From the sequence record SRR22947727_398: a stretch of DNA of 20,000 bases; one strand, 5' to 3'. The stretch's first letter is position 1, and the number at the start of each line of letters is the position of its first letter. A program made the position numbers and the translations under genes. Under the pieces are notes generated by a model. The model made no database searches, was not told the origin of the DNA, and worked only from the letters and a program-made list of their open reading frames with translations. Positions 1 through 10,831 of this stretch are shown here, in pieces.

Positions 1-213
1 GATGAAAAAAGAAAGTCTCTAATAGGAAGTGACAGCGGTGACACTTATAAGTTTGGAAGACAAATAAAAGCAAAACTAATAGAAGCAACACCAGTAACTG
101 GAGGTTTGGTTTTTGAAATGCATTCCAAACCTGATAAGGGATCAATACCTAAAGTTCATAATTTTCGTCGAGATAATTACCCAAAACGAAACCGCCGGAG
201 AAACAAAAGGTGA
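1..213 (+). CDS. rnr: Ribonuclease R, C-terminal fragment (end of S1 domain plus basic tail); 5' part outside window
   Basis: My translation of frame 1 is open from base 1: DEKRKSLIGSDSGDTYKFGRQIKAKLIEATPVTGGLVFEM...PKRNRRRNKR, stop TGA 211-213. It resembles the alphaproteobacterial RNase R S1 end and Arg/Lys tail. The position upstream of NUDIX-rpmG fits the usual order. Confidence 0.88.
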   Translation, partial: DEKRKSLIGSDSGDTYKFGRQIKAKLIEATPVTGGLVFEMHSKPDKGSIPKVHNFRRDNYPKRNRRRNKR

Positions 214-953
214 TAAAACATTTAAGTACATCTCTTGGGTCTTCAAAATTAACAAAATCAGAACTAAGTAAGCGTAAAATTTTAGATCGCGCACCTCGCC
301 CTCGATTAGCATCTACCATAGTATTAATTCATGGACCAAGAAGTAATCCAAAAATACTTATGGGAAAAAGATCCATAAAACATGACTTTATGCCTAGTGT
401 TTATGTATTTCCTGGAGGAAGGGTTGATAGATGTGATAGTTATGTAAAATATACAGGGGAGCTTTCAAAGCGTACAGAAATGATATTGGAAACAGCATTC
501 ACTGCTCGCAAAGCTAGAGCTTTAGTGTTAGCTTCAATTCGAGAGACATATGAAGAAACTTCTTTAATGATTGGTAAAAATGAATCTAAAAATACAACTT
601 CTAAATCCACTTGGAATGACTTTCAAAAAGCTGGTATTACGCCAAGCTTAGACGGTATTGAAGTATTTGGAAGAGCCATAACCCCTCCTCATAGACATAA
701 AAGGTTTGATGCATGGTTTTTTATAAAAAATATCAAAACACAGAAAATTCCTGACATTTCTGATACGGCTGAATTACAAGACGTAGCCTGGTTTACCCTT
801 GAGCAAATTTGGGAACTAAACCTCCAACGTGCTACCAAAATGATGTTAAAAGTTTTAGAGGAGTATTTAAATTATAAATCACCTCCACCTTATATATTTT
901 TCTCACGTAACGAAAGTGGTAAATTCATCACTGATACCTATCCAAAAGCGTAA
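210..953 (+). CDS. NUDIX hydrolase, NUDT19-like with split Nudix box
   Basis: FMPSVYVFPGGRVD...(insertion)...ASIRETYEETSL plus RAITPPHRHKRFDAWFF. The GTG start overlaps the rnr stop (GTGA 210-213); the true start could be slightly downstream. Confidence 0.88.
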   Translation: MIKHLSTSLGSSKLTKSELSKRKILDRAPRPRLASTIVLIHGPRSNPKILMGKRSIKHDFMPSVYVFPGGRVDRCDSYVKYTGELSKRTEMILETAFTARKARALVLASIRETYEETSLMIGKNESKNTTSKSTWNDFQKAGITPSLDGIEVFGRAITPPHRHKRFDAWFFIKNIKTQKIPDISDTAELQDVAWFTLEQIWELNLQRATKMMLKVLEEYLNYKSPPPYIFFSRNESGKFITDTYPKA

Positions 954-962
954 ATTGGCGTG

Positions 963-991
963 TTGACATAACGCATTAACTAAACTAATTG
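963..991 (+). promoter_or_regulatory. Putative sigma70 promoter of rpmG
   Basis: Consensus -35 TTGACA (963-968), 17-nt spacer, -10 TAATTG (986-991). SD-like AAGAGG at 1007-1012 precedes ATG 1023. Confidence 0.6.
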
Positions 992-1022
992 CGCATTCAC
1001 AATAATAAGAGGTACTAGTTCA

Positions 1023-1190
1023 ATGGCGAAGCCAACCACAATCAAAATTCGTTTAAATAGTACAGCTGGTACTGGCTACTTTTACGTTACAAAAAAGAAC
1101 TCTAGAACAATGACAGAAAAAATGGTCAAAAAGAAATATGACCCAGTTGTTAGAAAACATGTAGACTTCAAAGAAGGTAAGATTAAATAA
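1023..1190 (+). CDS. rpmG: 50S ribosomal protein L33 (55 aa, zinc-independent type)
   Basis: Not in the ORF track. My translation: [55 protein letters not shown], stop TAA 1188-1190. No cysteines. Confidence 0.98.
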   Translation: MAKPTTIKIRLNSTAGTGYFYVTKKNSRTMTEKMVKKKYDPVVRKHVDFKEGKIK

Positions 1191-1211
1191 ATAATTTTTA
1201 TGTTTTTTAAC

Positions 1212-1574
1212 TTATTTCACCAAACTTTTTATAGTATCTAAAAATATTGTTATCGATATGGGCTTAGATAGATAAGCTTCACACCCTCCTTCAAGTATTC
1301 TTTCTTTATCGCCCTTCATCGCAAAAGCAGTTATAGCTACTATTGGAATAGCTGCTAACTCTTCATCATCTTTGATCCATTTTGCAACTTCAAGGCCTGA
1401 AACTTCAGGTAATTGTATATCCATTAATATTAAGTCGGGTAAAAATTTTCTAGCAATATCAATTGCTTTAAGTCCTTCACGTGTTTGTTGCGTTTCATAC
1501 CCACTTGTCTCTAAAAGATCATTAAAGAGCTTCATATTTAATTCATTATCTTCAACTATGAGTATTTTTTTCAT
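1212..1574 (-). CDS. divK: Single-domain response regulator DivK (cell-cycle/polar differentiation)
   Basis: [16 protein letters not shown]...[22 protein letters not shown]...[28 protein letters not shown] closely matches Caulobacter DivK as I know it. ATG 1574 is chosen by homolog length; an alternative ATG lies at 1589. Confidence 0.93.
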   Translation of the reverse strand: MKKILIVEDNELNMKLFNDLLETSGYETQQTREGLKAIDIARKFLPDLILMDIQLPEVSGLEVAKWIKDDEELAAIPIVAITAFAMKGDKERILEGGCEAYLSKPISITIFLDTIKSLVK

Positions 1575-1720
1575 ATTTTCTTTTATCATAGTTTTAATTA
1601 ATCAATTATTATTAAAATTAAATCTTTATTTTTATAAATACTCAATTACGATCACATTAATAGCTAAACCAGTTCAGTTAAATAAAGAGAAAACTCTTAA
1701 TAATAAAAAGTTTAGAAAAT

Positions 1721-2977
1721 ATGGATGTCACCTATAGTCTTTGTCGTGATTGTGGCTTGTATTCAAAATTCAAGAAATGTTTTTCGTGCAATTCATTTAA
1801 TATTTTAAGCCATAAAGAAATAAAAACCTTAAATATTGCACACATTGATTGCGACTCATTTTTTTGCTCAATTGAAAAAAGGGATAATCCTGAAATACGT
1901 GATAAACCCGTAATAGTTGGAGGAGCAAGACGTGGAGTAGTCTCTGCTGCTTGCTACAATGCTCGTGTTTTTGGGGTTCGGTCTGCAATGCCAATGTACC
2001 AGGCATTAAAATTATGTCCTGATGCAGTTGTTCTATCAGGAAATATGAACAAATATAAGAAAGTGGGTTTAGAGATTAAAAATATGATGCAAGATCTCAC
2101 ACCTTTAGTTGAACCGCTTTCAATTGACGAGGCATTTTTAGATTTAAAAGGGACAAGAAAGATCCATAAAATGGACCCCTGTCAAATTTTAGTAAATCTT
2201 CAGAATAAAATTATGAATAGAGTAGGAATTACTGTTTCGGTTGGATTATCTTATAATAAATTCTTAGCAAAAACAGCTTCAGATCTTAACAAACCAAATG
2301 GTTTTGCAATAATCGGAAAGGATGAGGCAGTAAACTTCCTTTCCGATAAACCAGTTAGTTTTATTTATGGAGTTGGGCCATCTTTTAGAAATAAACTTAT
2401 GAAAGTAGGTATTAATAAAATATCAGATATTAGGGCCTGGACTGATAAAGAAATGTTTTTACAATTTGGTGATGCTGGCTTACGCATTGCGCAACTTGCA
2501 AGAGCTGAAGACAAACGTGCAGTTAAAAGCCACAAAAAACGTAAATCTATATCCTCAGAGACAACTTTTAATAGTGACATAAGTTGTTTAGATACACTGA
2601 GTAATTTACTGTGGAACGTGTCTTTATCTACAGCCGATAGAATTAAGAGACTAAACTTGGCAGGGTATACTATCACCCTAAAGTTAAAGACTAGAAACTT
2701 CAAAACTATAACTAGAAGAAAAACATTACCTCAAGCTATACAATTAACAGATGAAATATTTGATAACTGCTTACCTATGCTAGTAAACGAAGCAAAGGGT
2801 CAGAAATTCCGGCTCATTGGGGTCTCAATCTCATATCTAAGTGAACCATTAGGAGATCATGGAAGTCTGCTCGACCCTATGGCTGTAAAACGTAGAAAAG
2901 CTGAACGAGTTACTGACAGTATTCGCAATAAGTATGGTAAAAATTCTATAATAAAAGGACGTCAATTTAAACTTTAA
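1721..2977 (+). CDS. dinB: DNA polymerase IV (Y-family) with N-terminal Cys4 motif
   Basis: HIDCDSFFCSIE, GVVSAACY.AR.FGVRSAMP, PLSIDEAFLD, NKFLAKTASDLNKPNG and KSISSETTF motifs. N-terminal CRDC...CFSC is typical of alphaproteobacterial DinB. Confidence 0.96.
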   Translation: MDVTYSLCRDCGLYSKFKKCFSCNSFNILSHKEIKTLNIAHIDCDSFFCSIEKRDNPEIRDKPVIVGGARRGVVSAACYNARVFGVRSAMPMYQALKLCPDAVVLSGNMNKYKKVGLEIKNMMQDLTPLVEPLSIDEAFLDLKGTRKIHKMDPCQILVNLQNKIMNRVGITVSVGLSYNKFLAKTASDLNKPNGFAIIGKDEAVNFLSDKPVSFIYGVGPSFRNKLMKVGINKISDIRAWTDKEMFLQFGDAGLRIAQLARAEDKRAVKSHKKRKSISSETTFNSDISCLDTLSNLLWNVSLSTADRIKRLNLAGYTITLKLKTRNFKTITRRKTLPQAIQLTDEIFDNCLPMLVNEAKGQKFRLIGVSISYLSEPLGDHGSLLDPMAVKRRKAERVTDSIRNKYGKNSIIKGRQFKL

Positions 2978-2986
2978 TTATAATAT

Positions 2987-3484
2987 TTATTCTATAAATG
3001 ACTTAAGGTAATCATATTTATAGTCATCATCAATACTATGTGCATTCCGCCAATAGACCGCAGTATCTAAATTTAAAACATGACCATTTGAATCAATAAC
3101 AAATACTGTAGGTGTTCCAAATTCACCTTTGACTCCATATTTTCTGATTAAATTTATATTTTTATCCTTATCACCTACATCAATATATACGATCTCATAG
3201 TTATTTTTTAAGAGTTTTTTAAATCGAGAACTATTTAAAGTAGTTGCGAATGAACGACTGTCATGACACCAATTAGCTCCAAAAACTATCAAGCCATATT
3301 TTTGCTGGGCTTTAATAATTTCTATTAAAGAATTAATCTTAGATTCTGCCTTACCCAATTCATTATATGGCATATAAATATTATTTGATATGTTAGCTTT
3401 GGTATTAAAATACTGATTGTGATTGGGGTAAATCGTACATGAATTAAGTAAGAATAAGGATGATAATAAAAAATATTTATACAT
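2987..3484 (-). CDS. Thioredoxin-fold predicted lipoprotein with WCHDS (CxxS) site
   Basis: Signal peptide with lipobox-like LNSC, FGANWCHDSR active-site motif, and GTPTVFVID cis-Pro loop. Confidence 0.85.
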   Translation of the reverse strand: MYKYFLLSSLFLLNSCTIYPNHNQYFNTKANISNNIYMPYNELGKAESKINSLIEIIKAQQKYGLIVFGANWCHDSRSFATTLNSSRFKKLLKNNYEIVYIDVGDKDKNINLIRKYGVKGEFGTPTVFVIDSNGHVLNLDTAVYWRNAHSIDDDYKYDYLKSFIE

Positions 3485-3532
3485 AATTTCACAATATACT
3501 TTGTAGTTCTAGATTATTTAAATAAACAATAT

Positions 3533-3547
3533 TTAAGTTAAACTTAA
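3533..3547. promoter_or_regulatory. Candidate CtrA box upstream of the thioredoxin-like gene
   Basis: TTAA-GTTAAAC-TTAA, an exact TTAA-N7-TTAA within the palindrome TTTAAGTT-A-AACTTAAA (3532-3548). The spacer is very AT-rich, so chance occurrence is possible. Confidence 0.4.
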
Positions 3548-3585
3548 AAATATTATTAAATTCATATTCTATAAAAGATTTGATT

Positions 3586-7316
<3,731 letters not shown>

Positions 7317-7321
7317 TTGCC

Positions 7322-8173
7322 TTAAAAAAGGCGTTCTATAAGACGACTCCAATAACCTTTATCACGCGGCTTTTTGATTTCGTCATCTAGATTAACACCG
7401 TACTCCTCTAATAAATTATAACTGTCTTGGTACCATTCACCTGATGGGTAGTTATACCCTAAAACTGATCCAACTAATTTAGCTTCACTTATAATTCCTA
7501 AAGAAACATAGGCCTCAACTAATCTATGCAGGGCTTCTTCTGCCTGAGATGTTGTTTCATAATTTTTAACAACATTTTTAAATCTTCCAATAGCAGCAAG
7601 ATGTTGATTTTCTTTGAGATAATAGCGACCTATGGTCATCTCCTTACCCGCTAAATGATCATGGGTTAACTCTAACTTAAGTCGAGCATCTCTCGCATAA
7701 TCACTACTTGGGTATCGTCGTACTACCTGCTGCAAAGCTGCTTCAGCATTTACTGTTGTCTCTTGATCTCTTCCCACATCATATATCTGGTCATAATAAT
7801 TCATCGCAATCAAATAATATGCATAAGGAGTGCTATCACTACCCGGGTGTAGTCCTATAAACCGTTGAGCAGAAACAATAGATTCTTCATAGTCAGTAGA
7901 GCGGTAATTGGCATATGCCTGCATAAGCATGGCTCTACGAGCCCACTTAGAAAAAGGGTGCTGTCTCTCAACTTCTTGGAAAAACAGCTTGGCTCTATCC
8001 CAATCATTTCTTTCTATTCGTTCAAATCCTTGATTGTAAATTTGCTCTGCAGGTCTCTCAATATAAGCAAGTTTCTCTTTTTTATTACCTCCTAATCCAA
8101 ACGAGGAACAAGCAGACAAAGTTAAACTGATTGTAATAATTAAAAACTTATTAAGATATTTTAAATTACTCAT
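7322..8173 (-). CDS. bamD: Outer membrane protein assembly lipoprotein BamD
   Basis: Lipobox LSAC, TPR-like repeats with VERQHPFSKWA, RFIGLHP, RDQ and HLAGKEMTIGRYY, VLGYNYP. Conserved lpxC-bamD-recN order. Confidence 0.96.
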   Translation of the reverse strand: MSNLKYLNKFLIITISLTLSACSSFGLGGNKKEKLAYIERPAEQIYNQGFERIERNDWDRAKLFFQEVERQHPFSKWARRAMLMQAYANYRSTDYEESIVSAQRFIGLHPGSDSTPYAYYLIAMNYYDQIYDVGRDQETTVNAEAALQQVVRRYPSSDYARDARLKLELTHDHLAGKEMTIGRYYLKENQHLAAIGRFKNVVKNYETTSQAEEALHRLVEAYVSLGIISEAKLVGSVLGYNYPSGEWYQDSYNLLEEYGVNLDDEIKKPRDKGYWSRLIERLF

Positions 8174-8274
8174 AGTGTTGCCGTTAGAAATTAGTTATTA
8201 TTTAGTCTTAAAGGAGATTGCTAATAGAAGAAAGAAAGAAAATATATGAAAAAATTAAATAATGGTAGGTTTTA

Positions 8275-9141
8275 TTAAAGATTTATAAACTTCCACGAAT
8301 CCGCGGAACTATATAATGCAACCAATAAAGCGTGATTTAATTTATGACCACCTTTAAAAGTAATTACCTTACCTAATATAGGCCCTCCCACGTATAAATC
8401 ACCCATTAAATCGAGTGTTTTATGTCTTACAAATTCATTAGCAAACCTCAAACCCTCTGGATTTAAAATTTTTTCTTCATCTACAACTACAGTATTTTCT
8501 AGAGATCCCCCTTTGGATAGGCCAGAAGCTCTTAAAGCCGACACTTCATGCAATCGAGCAAAGGTGCGAGCTGAAGCAAGGTTTTTTTTAAAAGAATTGA
8601 TATTGGGAGCTATTTTAAAATTCTGTTTGCCAATAGCCTTTTCATCAAAATCTATAGTCACATCAAGTTCAAACTGGTTAGAAGGTTCAATTATAGCAAA
8701 TGAGTCATTTATAGAAACCTCAATAGGGTTTAAAACTTTTACATAACGCCTAGCTGATGATTGCTTTTTTATTTTAGCTATTTCAATCACTTTTAAAAAA
8801 GTCTCCGCACTTCCATCAAGTGCTGGGATCTCACCTCCAAATATTTCAATATTCATATTGTCAATGCCACATGCAGAAAGGGTAGCAAGCAAATGCTCAA
8901 CAGTTGAAATTTTGACACCCGCTGCATTTGACAAAGAAGTGCAATTTGAAACACTTGATACAGAGTTGGGGGTAAGTTTTATTATATTATCACGGTCAGT
9001 AATATCTTTTCGTATGAAATTAATTCCTACATTAACATCAGCTGGAAGCATTTTTAATTTGGTAAAGTTTCCATTATGCAATTCTATACCCGAAAGATCA
9101 ATTACACTTGCAATAGTCGATTGAGTTGGAAAACTATACAT
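8275..9141 (-). CDS. lpxC: UDP-3-O-acyl-N-acetylglucosamine deacetylase
   Basis: STVEHLLA, P.LDGSA, ARTF, GGSLEN, HKTLDLMGDL and GGHKLN motifs. ATG 9141 (MYSFPTQ) is preferred over TTG 9192. Confidence 0.96.
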   Translation of the reverse strand: MYSFPTQSTIASVIDLSGIELHNGNFTKLKMLPADVNVGINFIRKDITDRDNIIKLTPNSVSSVSNCTSLSNAAGVKISTVEHLLATLSACGIDNMNIEIFGGEIPALDGSAETFLKVIEIAKIKKQSSARRYVKVLNPIEVSINDSFAIIEPSNQFELDVTIDFDEKAIGKQNFKIAPNINSFKKNLASARTFARLHEVSALRASGLSKGGSLENTVVVDEEKILNPEGLRFANEFVRHKTLDLMGDLYVGGPILGKVITFKGGHKLNHALLVALYSSADSWKFINL

Positions 9142-9244
9142 CGTAAATCTCACACATAAAAAATTGATAAGATTCCATAGAATGAATAGCAAGAAAATTT
9201 AGATTAAAAAACGTTTATAAATAGTTTAGGGTAATATTTAAATT

Positions 9245-10693
9245 TTAATTATTTTGTCTTCTAAGAAAGCTCGGTATCTCTAACTCTTCATCTGTACTGT
9301 CCCCAAATAAATCTCCACTTTGCATCAAACTTTCTTCATTATTAAAAACATCCTGCTGAACAGGTTTGCTTTTTGAAGATAAATCAATTGGCTGCTTAGT
9401 CATTTTTGGCTTTTTCAATCCAAAGAAGCCAAATGGCTTCTTTACTACATTCTTAGGCTGAATTTCAGAAACTATGTCTTTTTCTAAATTCTCATCCAGA
9501 GATTCTAAATGATCGCCAGTGTTTTGTGAGATAATAGTTTCTTCGTTTTTGGTATTCAAACTTTCTAATTCTAGATTATTAAATTCACGGTCATCAAATG
9601 AAGAAATTTCATTAACTTCATTATCTATATTTTCCGTGCTCGATAAATAATTGACTTCCTGCTTTTCAAAACCCTTAGCTACTTCTTTTAGACGGCGCGT
9701 GGGAGCCGGATTAGAATCCATAGCATATTCTGTTTCAACACCTGTAGCCACTACTGACACCCGAACAATGCCATCAAGATCACTTTCTAACGCTGAACCA
9801 ACAATTATATTAGCATCTTCATCGACCTGACTTCTTATAAGATTTGCTGCCTCGTCTACCTCATAAAGCGTGAGATCACTACCTCCAGTGATATTTATCA
9901 GAACTCCTTTTGCCCCCTTTAATGACACATCATCAAGTAAAGGATTGTTTATTGCAGCTTCAGCAGCCTCAATAGCCCGTCTTTCCCCGGTTGCCTCACC
10001 AGTACCCATCATTGCTTTACCCATCTCGTCCATAACAGTACGAACATCATTAAAGTCTAAATTTATCAAACCAGGAACAACCATTAAATCTGTAACTCCC
10101 CTAACTCCACTGTGTAGAACTTCATCAGCCATTGCGAACGCGTCTGTCATAGTTGTCTGGTCTGTTGCAACTCTAAAAAGATTCTGATTAGGTATTGTTA
10201 TCATTGTATCAACTGAACCATAAAGATTTTCTATTCCTTGATCAGCTAGCTTCATTCGCTTTGTGCCCTCGAACATAAATGGCTTGGTAACTATGCCCAC
10301 GGTAAGTATTCCTCTTTCACGAGCAGCACGAGCGATTACAGGAGCAGCTCCCGTACCAGTACCGCCTCCCATACCGGCTGCAACAAATAGCATATGAGCT
10401 CCCTCAAGGTGCTCTAGTATCTCATCTAAACTTTCCTCAGCAGATTGTTCGCCAATTTCGGGACGCATGCCAGCGCCTAAGCCTTGCGTTATACCTCCAC
10501 CTAATTGAACTTTTCGATCAGCTTTGGATAGAGCTAAAGCTTGAGCATCTGTATTGGCTACGACGAACTCAACACCGTCAAGTCCAGAGCCAATCATATT
10601 ATTAACTGCATTTCCCCCTGCTCCGCCAACGCCGATTACGACTATGCGAGGTTTTAGCTCTATGGTTCTTGGTAAAGATAATGAAATTGACAT
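9245..10693 (-). CDS. ftsZ: Cell division GTPase FtsZ with long acidic linker
   Basis: [13 protein letters not shown], tubulin signature GGGTGTG, T7 loop INLDFND, C-terminal peptide [12 protein letters not shown]. Confidence 0.99.
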   Translation of the reverse strand: MSISLSLPRTIELKPRIVVIGVGGAGGNAVNNMIGSGLDGVEFVVANTDAQALALSKADRKVQLGGGITQGLGAGMRPEIGEQSAEESLDEILEHLEGAHMLFVAAGMGGGTGTGAAPVIARAARERGILTVGIVTKPFMFEGTKRMKLADQGIENLYGSVDTMITIPNQNLFRVATDQTTMTDAFAMADEVLHSGVRGVTDLMVVPGLINLDFNDVRTVMDEMGKAMMGTGEATGERRAIEAAEAAINNPLLDDVSLKGAKGVLINITGGSDLTLYEVDEAANLIRSQVDEDANIIVGSALESDLDGIVRVSVVATGVETEYAMDSNPAPTRRLKEVAKGFEKQEVNYLSSTENIDNEVNEISSFDDREFNNLELESLNTKNEETIISQNTGDHLESLDENLEKDIVSEIQPKNVVKKPFGFFGLKKPKMTKQPIDLSSKSKPVQQDVFNNEESLMQSGDLFGDSTDEELEIPSFLRRQNN

Positions 10694-10743
10694 AATGACC
10701 CCGTAATTATAAGTGCAATATAAGCATTATTGCGTTAAAATTA

Positions 10744-10759
10744 TTAAACAGAGATTAAC
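10744..10759. promoter_or_regulatory. CtrA-binding box in the ftsA-ftsZ spacer
   Basis: TTAA-ACAGAGA-TTAAC is a full TTAA-N7-TTAAC consensus, about 50 bp upstream of the ftsZ ATG. ftsZ is an established CtrA target in Caulobacter. Confidence 0.7.
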
Positions 10760-10831
10760 CAAATTAAATAATTCGACCATTTTATACAAATTTAACTTAT
10801 TTTTTTATATTTTTCTAAATTTTAAACCTAT

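Noticed and set aside
1672..1686. Possible LexA box upstream of dinB
   Set aside because: Only one GTTC; the second half-site at the N7 spacing reads TAAA.
1742..1790. Cys4 motif at the DinB N-terminus as a novel fusion
   Set aside because: This is a common feature of alphaproteobacterial DinB proteins.
7317..7352. Apparent N-terminal extensions of RecN (also LpxC, FtsQ, Ddl, MurG in the track)
   Set aside because: These are longest-ORF artefacts. Downstream ATGs fit homolog starts, SD positions or stop/start coupling.
8210..8278. Strong AAGGAG on the + strand and a 10-codon ORF (MKKLNNGRFY, 8246-8278) in the bamD-lpxC spacer
   Set aside because: The SD is about 30 nt from the ATG and the ORF is tiny and antisense to the operon; likely chance.
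9204..9218. TTAA-N7-TTAT upstream of lpxC
   Set aside because: One mismatch in very AT-rich DNA; not distinguishable from background by eye.
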